64,000 nt of DNA from Amoeboaphelidium protococcarum X5 (GCA_023515725.1 JALDTO010000181.1:1-64000); one strand, 5' to 3'; counted from the stretch's first letter, positions 40,258 to 53,322 are shown. Numbers and translations are program-made. The notes: generated from the sequence alone by a model not told the origin.

Positions 40258-41145
40258 AATATGAGTATTTTGTTGATATAAATATTAGCTAGATTACACA
40301 ATTAAATCATCGAGATACGGGCTAAAAATTGATACAAAATCTGAAACGATCGCGAGAGTCGCTGAAACGTCGGCCTAGCTCAAACGCGCGCTTTCGTTTC
40401 AAGCAGAACTTGTAAAACAGTTTCGCACTGCATGAGAATCATGACATATAGATTGAATTACAGTTTAACGGAGACCTCACTTGTCTAATGTTCTAGGATT
40501 ATAATAGTAAATAATAGTCTTAATTTTGGTCTTTCTCAATAACTGCTGTAGTCCAAAGCTTTCAGTTTAGGGACTGTTCATCTTGATGAGCTTTGTTTTC
40601 ATCGCTGCTTAAACGATGTCGTTTATTAGACACGACGGAAGGCCTTTGATCAACGCACTCTATTGCCATCATCCATAGATTAAAGTCTTATTTCGTTTGA
40701 CTTATTCAATTTAAGCCCCTACTCGATCCATTTGTGTTTAATACTACACCGTGTGAGAAATTCAAATTGTGGAATATTTAAAGGTTACTGTATTGAGTCT
40801 GAAGACACTAAAATCCCTTAAAGAGAGTTTCACACGCGAAGATGCATTCCAACTTCTATAAGTTACGCGAGATAACAAGCTCGTCAATATCAGCGCGCAC
40901 ATGGATATGCAGCAACATACTGAGATTCCAAATATCTGTATAAAATGCAAAGATAGTTAAATATAGACGTAAATATTATGGCGAAGTATATTTTAATCAA
41001 TGATCCAGCCGAGACGATTAAGTACCGCTATTCCTCCTTCGACACAATAAACATTTCACCAAACGCGTCTTGGCAAGATCTTGACAAAACGGAAAAATTT
41101 CATTACGATTTTGTCCTATTATAAAAAAAGAAATTTGATTTGAAA

Positions 41146-44097
41146 ATGTATCGAGCTTTGACATTATTAGCGCCCAGGTATACGCGTTTACGTGCCTCAA
41201 AGTCTGCTTCTTATCAGTGCTATTCAAGCTCTGTTGATAGTGAAGGGTCTGCAGAGAAGAATGACGCTTTAAAGACGTCTACTGTGTCTAATCAGAACAA
41301 CAGTCTTCAAGACAATCATTCCGAGTCGCCCCATTTGGACTTTGAGGATGAAAGTGAGCTTGCAGATTTGATTCAAGATTAGAAATGTGATGGTGCTTGG
41401 AATTAATTTATGAAGCTTACTGAAAACAGTAGTAATACGCTTGATCAAAAGGAAACTGTGATGCCTCTTCTCCGACTGATCTGCAATCACGGTGTAAAGT
41501 CTCTAGAGACGCGTAGACGTATCAGTTATCTATTGGATAGTCTTCATGGGCAGGAACTGGTACTATCCGATCAATGTCGCGTCATGCTAACTTTGCTCGA
41601 TTTTGGATATTTAGTGCAGGCTCGCGAGTGGTTCGACACGTCCATTACTTTGAACAAATGGAATTAGCTTAAAATTGATGAGTAATCCAAGCATTTGCGT
41701 AGAAAAGTTGAATCTGTGTGGATTGAGCGTCTTATTTCTATTTAATAAATGGATGAAGCTATGGCGATATTTCGATGGAGCAAGTAGAGGAAAGAGAAGA
41801 CTAGTGTGGAATTACATACTGGATTTATTAGAGGATTCCTTAAAGCTTACAGTGTGGATCCAAAGCAAGAGTATTTAGAGAAGGCTCTGAAATTTATGGA
41901 GGCTCAATAGCCTTAGAATAGCTTTGCAGTGAGTCAAGAGCTGCCTCGTCTTGTCACGGCTACTTTTTAGTGCATAGCGTCATAGTTGTAGAATGCCGGA
42001 CTATCGCCGCTTCTGTTAATGGCGTTTAAAGACTTGCCTTAGTATAAGAGAGACGACAAAGTGGAGCATATCCGCGCTGAATTGTATAAAGTAGAGTAAT
42101 TTGTCAGATTAGCACACTCTACCAACACAGTGACGCCGCACAAACATCTCCTATTAGATAAAGCAGATGATGAACTAAAATTGTATGAGTCAGACTTGGC
42201 TAGTCTTAAGGTGAACAAGCATATTTGCCTTCAGTTTATACATGGCTATGCATTGCTTGGACTGACAGATGATGCGTAGAGATGGTTTGATGAATGGCGA
42301 TAGTTGCCCGTTGACGCGAATCATGAGCGGATGAAGAGTAAAGCATGGGGCTTTATGATGTGGGCCAAGGTTAGGAATGTGGCTCTGGACGAGAAAGATA
42401 GACTGCTGCAGTGTCGAAAGTTTTTCGATGTTATGGCATCAGAAGGTTTGTAGTCGACCGAGGCCATGAATTGTCTCTTGCACTCTTTTGCCAAGTCAGA
42501 GTCGCTGATGAAGTTGAAGGATTCTTTGCAGCTGGTTGAAGAGATGCAACTCAAGTACTCTATACCATTGGATTTATACTCTTACTCTATCCTTATTGAT
42601 TGTTGCGTGAGAACGATGGACGACATTAAATCCGTGGAAAGACTTCGTTATAAGTTTGGTCCATTGACGCGCGAGACTTCATACGAGGCAAGTGGTTCCG
42701 CCATGAATGAACAGCAATTGGATCAGTTATCTCTTTATGAACTATTTGTGAAAACTAGAAATCCATTTACTGTACTGCAGCGTCTTTTGGATTCATTGTA
42801 GTCTTAGGGAATCGCTCCAAATACAATTACGCTCACGTCAGTTATCCAAGGCTACTTAAGGCATGAGAAGAAGATTGATGCTCTTTAGTTGTACAACAAT
42901 ATGAAGGAGCAGGGCATGCCTATAGATATTCTGTTGGCGTCGTCTCTGCTCAAGGCGATGTGTCGTGATTAAAATTACAGTGCTGCCGTTGAGTTTTTTA
43001 AAGATGTGAATTCTAAGAGTGTCAGAGGTGATAGCAATATAAGAGCAAACATAAGCAGAGATTTGTAGCTCACATCAGATGGATACGCTGGCCTTATATT
43101 TGCTTTTGGTCAGATGGGCGATATTGAACAGGCTGAGCAGTTATTCATGGAGATGGGTAATCAGAGTGGCTAGACGCGTAGAAATATCAACTGTTATAAC
43201 GCTCTGCTTAAGGCCTATTGCAAGTATGCAGAAATGGGTACAGATCAAGAAGACGTCGATGTGGAAGGTGAGGATTCCGCGATGCAGAAAGCTCTGAAGT
43301 GCCTTGCCTTGCTGAAGCAGGAGAATGCTGAGTAGCAAGCACTTTTAGCCTCGCAGGATTTTAACTAAAGTCTAATTGGTATGTAGCTGCATCCAACCTT
43401 CTATACTTATAAAAATTTGATGCAGATAGCTTCACTTTCACACAAGTATGATGTGGTGCTTAAGTTTTTACAATTGCTGATCAAGGATGAAGGCGTTCAG
43501 TTTATAGATGATAGAACTCTGTCTCACTGCTTCAAGTGCTTGGACGGTCGTTATCACGTTGATCAGAATCCTATCAGGCGCTCTGGCTGTGATTTAAACA
43601 CCATTAGTATGACTCTGAATGCTCTGTTCAATCACCCTTTGGCGTCAGTTAATGATGTGGTAAGGCAGTCATCTCCTTCCGAATTGAAACGATCTCTGTA
43701 CAAGTTTAGATACCATAGAAGCCATAAGATCTACATTGGGCCGCTGACTTTGCTGACTTGCATGCAGATCTATAAAGACCGCCTCGATTTTGTAGGAATG
43801 AAACAACTGATTCAGAATGTGATCAAGTACAAGATCAAGATGGGTGAGCCGTATTGTCGAGATTTGATTGATTTGTTTGACACTTCTGTAGAATTCAAAT
43901 ATGAAAGAGGAGGAGACTTGAGCGATCTGAACCAAGACTCAAAGATTCTGAATGAGTATGAGTAACGCGTATAAGAGTTTAACGAAAAACTGGTAAATGA
44001 GTGGCCAAAGGTTGAAGCATCACTGCCTGCCGATTATTATTAGATCTTATCGCAGCCTCCTGATGTACTTCCATCCATAGATGAGCTTTTTAATTGA
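41146..44097 (+). CDS. Mitochondrial pentatricopeptide-repeat protein, 983 aa
   Basis: R/S-rich presequence MYRALTLLAPRYTRLRASKS; PPR motifs DLYSYSILIDCC, PNTITLTSVIQGY, GYAGLIFAFGQMGDIEQAEQLFMEM, NINCYNALLKAYCK. Confidence 0.85.
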
Positions 44098-44363
44098 TAT
44101 CTCGCTCAGTGAGACTTAATAGATAGAATTTATGCTTATAGCAGTTATATCTTACACTGCGCGTTTTAGTCTTACTGTATGATTTTAGGGAGATTTTTCA
44201 ATTTCGGTTCCTTCGGTTATTTCGCCTGACGAGCGCGTTCTCGTCGAAATCACAAAAACTTTTCGGTTGGGCTGATCAGTGAGAATTGCTGTAGTATTAG
44301 CTTTGACCGAAGAATCACGACTCTTTAAGAGCATTCTATTAATAATAATTATAACATAATAAA

Positions 44364-44819
44364 ATGGGTAAAGTACGTACAAAGACTGTGAAGAGAGCAG
44401 CTAGACATTTGATTGAAAAGTATTATCCACGTCTGAATCTCGATTTTTAGAGCAATAAGAAGCTGGCCGGTGAGGTTGCCATCATCCCATCTAAGCGTCT
44501 TCGCAACAAGATTGCCGGATTCACCACCCATCTGATGAAGAGAATTTAGAAGGGACCTGTGCGCGGTATTTCATTTAAATTGCAGGAGGAGGAGAGAGAG
44601 AGAAAGGACAATTACGTTCCTGAGGTGTCCGCTCTGCAGGTTGAGTCTGTGCACATTGATCCAAACACGAAGGAGATGTTGGCCAGCATGGGCCTCGGTG
44701 ATATGCAAGGTGTGAATGTTGTCGATATCTCTCCAGCCAACACTGGTGCTGCATACAACAGAGGTGGAAAGTCGCTGCCTGTCGGTGCTAACCGTCCACG
44801 TAAGGAAGTGGCTGCATGA
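44364..44819 (+). CDS. RPS17: 40S ribosomal protein eS17, 151 aa
   Basis: [10 protein letters not shown]...[38 protein letters not shown] (Q in RIQ is TAG). Confidence 0.98.
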
Positions 44820-44999
44820 TCTCACTCTTAACCATATTCGTGGGTGATGGGAGAGATTGTATCACGCGTCTTCTACCTTAAACTGACATGACCTGAAATT
44901 ATAAATAAAGTATGTTAGTCTTATATCTTTATTATTATCCTTTTATTCATATATTTAGATCTCATCTTTTACAAAGCCATCTTCACAATTTTACATCAA

Positions 45000-45485
45000 T
45001 CAAATTATGAGGGATGCCACAGCGACAAAGCCAAAGAACTCAGCACCCATAATGAATGTTGAGAGCAGCAATCCATAATGCTAAGTGAATGCATAGATGG
45101 CAAATATCCAACTACCAAATAGACAAGCAGTTGCAACTTCAATATAATTCGGAGCATATACACTCAGATCTTTGTAATCAAACTTTATCCGCAACTTTGA
45201 GCTCAGTCTGTACAAGTAGGCAAATATGGCAGAGTATGTGCCGGTGAGCAGTACGGCAATCAGCAGAGCCGGCATATTGACTTTATGCTGCAGAACCGCC
45301 TCATACGGTTTGAAGTACAAGGTGACGATAACAGCCACTAATCCGAAAATAATCTACTACATTGGGAGACCAACAGAAGTGCCAACCTAATCATCTTCAT
45401 CACTCACAACACCAGAGCGGGACTGCGACGACTATTCAAATGAAGCATTGGACACTTCATCCTTTCTCTTGCGCGGCGTGACCAT
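45000..45485 (-). CDS. Four-TM membrane protein, TMEM128-like, 161 aa
   Basis: Four hydrophobic segments; DY..L..YAPNYIEVATA...IYAF...YG pattern resembles TMEM128. Confidence 0.6.
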
Positions 45486-45879
45486 TTTCTCTTTTATTGA
45501 AACGGACGGACTCCCTGCGCTGAGGGAAGCGAATTAAAAGACGACGAGCGCTCTTTCCCTATCAACAGTATAGTAGTATGTGTGAAAGGAAGATATACCG
45601 CAGTTGTAACAGCAGAGAAACTCTAAATCGGCTATTTAAATGTTTCGATTACAACACGGCTCTCTTATTGTCAGAAAAATCAATAGAAAGGTACTGTGTA
45701 CACAAAACTGCCTCTCAAGGTGTCGCGCGTCCAGCGAATTTTAGTGAAGAACATGAAAGCACATTACAGCACGCACTCCCAATGAGACTATAAAATGGGA
45801 GATATAGAATCTAATAATAATCGTATATTCCACACAAAAGTCATCACTCATTGAGAGAATTAGAATCCTTTGTAATATG

Positions 45880-46413
45880 TCACTTGGCCTGAAATGAGAT
45901 ATGACATCCACATTCTGATTATGAATTAGGATTATGTATCACCTTGAATGAAGATCCAATGAGTTCGTCTTGATAATCAATCTCAGCCTTGTGTAAGAAT
46001 GGATAACTGATTGCATCAATGTACACTTGAGGCTATTAGGTGTTGTTCGATTTGATATTATTTTGAGTGCCATCCATGGCGAATACTATATCATCTTACT
46101 GTGCTCCCTACTCCTCAATGTCAAAATGATACTAAAATCCATGACAGCCACCGCTATCTACTCTGACTCTTAATCCTAATTAATCCGCCTATTATAAGTT
46201 ATTATCTTCCTTTTCTTTGGCTGATTTCAGTCTCTAAATCTTATCCAAAGCCGAGCCAGTGAGCGAAATTGATGGAACTTTAATGATCTGATTATCGCTC
46301 GAGTAGATGGTGAGTTTATCGCTTACCGACTTCCCTTATAATTCAGGCATCCTACTCACTTTACTATGGCTAATCAACCTCTAGGTACCAATTATTAATC
46401 TCTATCGCAACAT
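45880..46413 (-). CDS. ISA2: Mitochondrial A-type Fe-S assembly protein Isa2, 177 aa
   Basis: LRVRVDSGGCHGFQY, ELIGSSF, NP....CGC.ISF. Confidence 0.93.
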
Positions 46414-46510
46414 TTTCTTTACTAAAGCGGTCACTAATTACGTATAAATGGCGGGTCAAAGTTATAAATTCACGTTGAAAGTTGAAAGAAAGAGAGATCA
46501 ACGTCACTTT

Positions 46511-46534
46511 CAATCAATCAATCAATCAATCAAT
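46511..46534. repeat. (CAAT)6 microsatellite in the ISA2/THOC5 divergent promoter
   Basis: Six perfect CAAT units. Confidence 0.9.
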
Positions 46535-46592
46535 AAGAGGAAGAGAAAGTTATACGTTGATCTTTTCCCATTAAAAATTAATTTAAAATTAA

Positions 46593-47183
46593 ATGAATTT
46601 TGAAGAGATTCATAAGGCAACAGACTAATTATTTGAAAATGGAGAGTACAGCAGGGTGGTGGCACTGCTTACTGAGATTAGACTGTACGCGAGGAAGTAG
46701 TTTGAAAAGACTCGACTGTTGCGTACGGATTGGGATAATGCGCGAACCAAGTTGCTGGAGCAGACGACGTAATTACGCGGTCTGGAGTATGAACGTGACA
46801 GTCTGAAGAGAGAGATTGAGTCATACAATTCGGTGAAGAATATCTTTGAGTCTGTGCCTCTCCTCACTCTGCGGGAGTACGGTGATCTAATTGATGGCTT
46901 GTAAGAACAGGAATCAGATTAGACTGTTTAAGAACGGGATGATCATGAAGAGTCTTAAATGAGCGATTCTGAAGATTAACATGAACTTATGATTAAACTA
47001 CTTCATTTAGAGAAATAGGCCCGGTAGTTGTTGAATGAGCAATTAAAAGCCAAGATTATGGAGCGAGAATCTGTGTAATAAGAGTTGGAATCCCATGATG
47101 AAAAGATTCGAAATCTTGATCAGATGCTGCAAGACTTTATGCTCAAGGCTTCAGAGCTGAAATCACGCGTAGAGTCAATGTGA
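46593..47183 (+). CDS. THOC5: THO complex subunit 5 (FmiP), short fungal-type form, 196 aa
   Basis: QLRGLEYERDSLKREI and HELMIKLLHLEKQAR match the THOC5 pattern LQNLxYExxHLxxEI ... HxLMLxRLxxExxxR. Confidence 0.72.
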
Positions 47184-47232
47184 ATAAAATTATAATAATC
47201 TGAATTAATATACATTATTAAATCTACATATC

Positions 47233-49509
47233 TCAGCGTCTTCTTATACGGGGATCATAGGCTAAGACTTCAGCGGTGGCTTCGCTGAGAATGGATTTGA
47301 TTTCTTGTACTGCCATTTCTACTGAAGCCTTAGTCTAACCTTCGACCACCAGGTGTAATTTCTTTTCATTCGGACCGCCAACACTTCTAACCAAAGGAAT
47401 CCATTTGCCGCGCTACTGTACGCTCACTTTGTACATCTCTTGCAACATATCAGCAACTTCGCGACTAAGAATCTTCTCCCGTACCAGTTCTGCATAATCA
47501 TTAATCTCCACTATGGCCACACTGTTAGGATTGGACCGCATCATGAGCTGCGCATTGACTATTTCCAACAGATTATCGCCGCGAGTCAATGATGAGGACA
47601 TTGCTGACGATGAAGTCGAAGAGTCCAACATACTAGAAAACTTTTACGCTGCCAGTTTACGGTATCCATCTGCAGATGGGTCTGTCACAATTTTGCCCAG
47701 AATTCTTATCGCTAACTGACGAGCTTTCTCCGCCGCTCTGGCCTGTGCCGCAGCAATATTAGTCTCCACCAGTCCATCTATGTTTAAGCCAGCCAACTGA
47801 AACTATCTCTGAATCGAGGAGATGACCTTGACATCGGGCATTTTGTCAAATGTTTCCTTGGACTCTGAATTTACCATATCAGTATCACCATCTTTTTAAT
47901 CTGTGAGCTGATCAGAGGCTTTTACCGCTGCAACTTTGGTTTTCTCTTATACTGCTTCTTCCTCTTCATCGTCGTCATCATCATCATCAGTATCCAATAC
48001 ATATGACTTCATCTGGACACTGCGTAGAGCCTCAACATCTTTCTCTATTCTCTCCAAGCCTTTCCCACCGAATCCAGAACTCATAAACTTGGCCTCTCCT
48101 CGCTCCACCTTCTTTATGAAGTTATCCTTCATCTTGATCAAGTCTGGTGGAATTTATGCACCACTAGCAGCCATCGCACGGACTATATCTGGTGCGAACC
48201 GTTCCTACTATGGTGTTATCAAAGTGTATGCAGTACCTTTACGATTAGCTCTACCTGTCCTTCCCACTCGATGAACATAGTCCTCTCCATGATTTGGACA
48301 ATCATAATTAATGACAAGATTACACTCCTTTACATCAAGTCCGCGAGATGCGACAGAAGTGGCAACCATTATATCAACGACTCCCTCTTTAAAATCTTGG
48401 ATGGTAGATGTTCTATCGGCCTAATCTTTACCTCCATGCAGAGAAACGCATCTATATCCTCGATTAAACAACATCTGAAGCAGATCGTCAGCACTCTCCT
48501 GCCGCTCCACAAACACAAGACATCTCTAATCCTATTCTTCATCACACCAGTCACCCAACAATTGGAGCAGCGTAAGAAACTTTTTATCCTCTTACACAAT
48601 AATCACATTCTACTGAATGTCTCCACACACGACACTTTTCTGGCCAACTACAATCTCCAGCGGTTTATACTGCAGCACTTTGCGGGCCAGGGATTCCATC
48701 TAATGTGGAAAGGTGGCACTGAAAAGAACACGCTGAGCATCTGGTCTCAGATTAGCCAAGATCCGCATAACCTACTGCTCGAATCCCATATCAAACATTC
48801 TATCAGCCTCATCTAGGACCATGAATGTACATCGCATCATATTCGTCACTCTGCCATTGTTAGCACAGAGCAAGTCAATCAATCGGCCAGGTGTAGCCAC
48901 CAGAATTTCACAGCCCCTCTTCAGATTATCAATATTCTCTTTAATAGAATCGCCACCAAAAGCGTACGTAACTCGCAGATTTAGAGATTGTGTGAAGCGT
49001 CTGGCCTCCGTAAAAGTCTACTAAGCTAATTCCCTAGTCGGAGCAAGTACAATAGCAATCGGGCCGTCATTACCTTCAACAGGACGTTGATTCTTGACGT
49101 GTCGAAGTAGAGGAAGTAAAAAGGCAACAGTCTTACCACTTCCAGTCTTGGCAATACAAATAACATCCCGACCGCTCATGATGGCGGGTATGGCTTACGA
49201 TTAAATCGGAGTCGGATGACTGTATTTAAGCACATTCTAGATGATGGTGAGAACTTGTAGTGGAAGACCACATTGAGTCCATTTCTTGATTGGCCGTGGT
49301 GGCCTCCGACCTCTGCACTTTATATTGCCCAACTCTGCGCGTAATGTATCCACTTCTAACTTGGTCATGGCAGAGACTTCCTAGCTCTCGATATAAAAGT
49401 CGCGCTTGAATGGTTCATACTGAATTTGCGCATGATCGACGAGAGGCAGCTCCTTCTTCCTGGACTATTTAATTAAAGCAGCCAGTGGATCTAAAGTCAA
49501 TTGTGACAT
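47233..49509 (-). CDS. PRP5: Pre-mRNA-processing DEAD-box helicase Prp5/DDX46, 758 aa, short N-terminus
   Basis: [65 protein letters not shown]-like tail. Confidence 0.93.
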
Positions 49510-49733
49510 TTCTTTTAATTCTGATTTACCAGATTCCAAAGTTGATCAATCAATATAAATATTTCGTTCTGATTATGAACGAGAAGAAACGAGGAATCGC
49601 TGAGCTTGACGAGTCTGGACTGTTTTGTGCTATAGTACCAACGCGTCTTTTAAGAGGAAGCATTTTAGAATAGCCCCTATTAGGCTCTACGAAAATTGAT
49701 CGAATTGTCTTCGAAACTAAAATCTTTTAGAAA

Positions 49734-51055
49734 ATGAATTTTATTATTTGCTTTTGTCTGATCTTAGCCTTAATAACAGTTACGTAGTCAGCCAATTTAC
49801 GCGTTATTCACCGGAAATAACTGGATGTGCCACTGGATCTGGAGTATTTAACGATGGCACGTATCGCGGCTAATCTGATGCAAGAGTTTGTTTGAATTTA
49901 GCGACAGCAGCTCTTAAGAGCGCGAAAGAAGCACTGAATTTTTGCGTAAGCGGCACAGGCTCCTTTTTGTCTGTATTTGGAGGGTATGTCGGTGGTATGG
50001 TGTTTGGTAGTATGGTTCAAAACATGGCGCGCGCGCGATAATCTAAAACTTTTGAATTGCGATGCTGTCAAACGTCTGTTGAGAATAATGCTGTTACATT
50101 TTCAGTGTCCGAGAACAAAAGGTTTCAAAAGCATTACATATCCCGCATTAAATAGGATTATGAAGTCGCACCCTTAACTGATATCTTTGCGTTTTATGAT
50201 TTTACTGATGAATTCGACAAGGACATGGCTTTTGAAAAATTCATTATTCACGCGGCGCAAAATTGGGAAAATATGATATCAAATATTCCGTTGCTTTTTT
50301 GTAGTAAGTTCCTCCAAATGCTGAAACGACTGGCATTCAAAACATTCCTACTCCGTTATGCAGTCAATATGCTGAATATTTCATTGAAAAGAACATAATT
50401 TTTGCAGATGTAGAATCAGGGCAGGATCTGGCTCAAGCTTCTGGGAGATTGCCTGTGATTGCAATTCGAATGTCTTTCACCAAGACTTGACACTAATGTG
50501 AGAAAGCCATTTAATCAAAAACTGCTTTCTGCAAGTTATGCTCTTGTACCAACTTCTCTGGGATAAATTCCAACACGGTCTGAATGGACAATTACAAACG
50601 GATCCGATGAGTTGATAGTTCCAGATTAAATATTCCGCGCCTCTGCAACCTTGGTGATGCTCTGCCGCAGGCAAACCAGATGTATTGAATAAGGTGCCGT
50701 ATATTTGGAAAATGTTGATTTTGAAGCTTTGCGCTTTCTAAAATCTGTATTCTTAGGTGAAGTAGCTGATGAAGATTTGCTATCGTTTTAGCTGGATCAA
50801 ATATCTTAGGCATTGGTCACGATAGATTATTTAATGATGGTTCCGGCATTTTTGAATTAAAATTCAAATATTTTTGATCAGCTGGTTGCCTCCATTGACA
50901 AATATGATTGTTAGAAATTACTACTAAACAGTTTGCCAATGTCAGTGCAATTGAGTCAGCTCAAGTAGAAACTACGTGAAAAAGTCAAAGCCGCGATTTA
51001 AAATGCGTTGGAGAATGACGATTTTATTGAGAATCGAGTATAATTGATTTAATGA
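49734..51055 (+). pseudogene. Frameshifted signal-peptide protein with C-terminal BTB/POZ-like domain
   Basis: Signal peptide MNFIICFCLILALITVTQS; frame breaks near 49795, 50300 and 50475; EWTITNGSDELIVPDQIFRASATLVML...VYLENVDFEALRFL...ISQALVTIDYL; ends TAA TGA. Confidence 0.6.
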
Positions 51056-51225
51056 GTAGCAATAGTGGAGGTATGAAGATTAAAACAGAAATAAAAGTGG
51101 TGGGCAAAATTGCATCTTTACTTAGAGCATTTGAAGTAGAAACTTTAATGAAAAACTACATACCCACTTTACTTGGAACAAAAGATCATTTTATTATTAA
51201 TCTCATAAATAACGCCCTTAAACAC

Positions 51226-53322
51226 TCAGAGACCAAGAGCTTTCAGGAATGCCTCAGAATTAGGCTCACGACCAAGAAAGCTTTTCAAACTGTCCATTCC
51301 ATCTCTACTGCCACCAGGCTTCAGTATAAACTCGCGATACTTCTGGCCCATCGCTGCACTATCGATTCCCTCCTTCTTAAAAACGGAATGGAACATATCA
51401 GCACTGAATACTTGGGACCACAGATATCCATAATATCCGGCATCGTATCCACCCATGACATGACCAAAAGTGGACTATCCATATGTATTGGAGATGGCTG
51501 GCGTTAGACTAATCTCATCCTTCAGGCGATTGTACAACTTTGAGGTATCCAGACTGTGGTCAACATCAGGCAGCTCATGAATAGCCAGATCGAACGAGGC
51601 AAAGAATATTTGACGCAGATTCATTAGTCCAGCATTAACATTCTTTGCCTTTACCAGATTAGATATCAAGTCATCAGGTAAAGGCAACGGTACACCATTA
51701 GCGTCCTTCTTTTCTACGTGGCCACTCAACTACTTCAGCACCTTATCCTCCCAACACCAATTCTCCAACATCTGAGATGGAGCCTCAACAAAATCCCTCT
51801 CCACATTAGTACCGTGGAATCTACTAAACTGGGTAATAGAGCAGATCTGATGCATGACATGCCCAAATTCATGAAAATAAGTCACCACATCATTATGCGA
51901 TAGAAGAGAAGGATGCTTCGACGTGGGCTTTGGAAAGTTGGCAACCATTGCACTGACAGGCAGTTGATGCTGACCAGATTTATCACCACCTTGAGCATAA
52001 GCAGGATGAATCTTGAAGCAAGCGGCATGAGAGTATTTGTTATCACGAGGAAACAGGTCCAGATAGAAAAAACCAACCAGTGAACCATCTGCAGAGTTCT
52101 TCACCTAATACATCTCGACGTCCTGATGCCAGACTGGTGGTCCATCAACTTTCACAAACTTCAGACCGAGTAATTACTGGTACAAATGCAGCATTTTATC
52201 GGTAACATGGCCCAACTAAAAGTACTGCTTAATTTCATCCTCGTCCACCTGGTACTTGGATTCCAACAACTTTTGGTTATAGAAGCGAAAGTCATAAGAA
52301 TTGATTCTACTATCCACAGAATCTCCAACATCACGACGCTTCAAATCACTGAGAACATTCAATTCACTTTGTGCCAGAACATTCAACTTGGTACGCAATT
52401 CATGAAGAAATTTACGCACCGCAGCAGGAGTCTTTGCCATTCGATCATCCAATACAAACTGAGCGTGGTTCTTATATCCCAGCAGCTTTGCAATTTAAAC
52501 TCGTAGTTGAACAGCCTACTCCAACAATTTGATATTCTAGTCGCATCTAGTGGTATAAGCCTTTTCCATCTTCTTACGAGTCTCCACATTAGACGCCTTG
52601 TTCATGATGGGAAAGTAGTGAGGATACTTCATGGTGACAATGAAAACAGTCGTACCATCAGCAGCCTGCTCCTTATCCAGACTGTCAATAAAATCTTAAC
52701 TAAGTCCGGTCAACTCATCCCTTGTCAATCTAATAGAAGTCGAATCAGAGTTGACGTTGGTGCTAAAGTCTATGCAGATACCACTGAGCTACTTCTTCAG
52801 CTACTTCAACTCAGTCTATTTATCCTCCGACAGAGCAAGACCCATCCTGCGATATCCCAGTTCCATCTTCTCCAACAGACGTATCTCCTCAGCATTCAGC
52901 TTTGATCTATCAGCAGTGTCAAATACCAACTTCACCTGATTGTACACATCAGAACGCATATCGGCATCAATGTTATACTCTTCCAGTTGCTTGCTGCACG
53001 CCACAGACGCATCGCGAATCTCCTTATCCGGGTGTACATACTACGGGAAATCAATGTTGGTAGACTCTGTACTCTACAGTGCTTCCTCCTCAGCCAGTGG
53101 TCTAATGACAGAATCGAACGATACTTTATCCTGAGGCAACTGAGCAACAGAATCGAGAACGTTCTTTGAGCGTTGTATAATCTTTTCAGTAGCACTCTTA
53201 ATCTCTGCAGACGACAAGTCCCATCTCAGTCCTTGAAGTGACGACATTGTAGTTATACGTGTTCCAATTCTTCTTCTGTTGGTGGTTAAATAAGCTCGAC
53301 GCAGAAACGGAAAGGAAATCAT
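51226..53322 (-). CDS. PRD1: M3A thimet oligopeptidase/saccharolysin (second in-frame ATG at 53247)
   Basis: [25 protein letters not shown] (HExxH), [25 protein letters not shown]. Confidence 0.95.

Noticed and set aside
40430-41100. Short minus-strand frames right of the hAT
   Set aside because: No clear start, motif or splice model; left unannotated.
48271-48816. 181-aa plus-strand ORF
   Set aside because: Antisense shadow of the PRP5 helicase core.
50456-50458. TGA as selenocysteine or readthrough in the BTB gene
   Set aside because: The alternative frame over 50300-50475 is more protein-like, so frameshifts explain it; no redox motif context.
51052-52939. Several plus-strand ORFs of 60-150 aa
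   Set aside because: Antisense to the oligopeptidase CDS, with no protein-like motifs.
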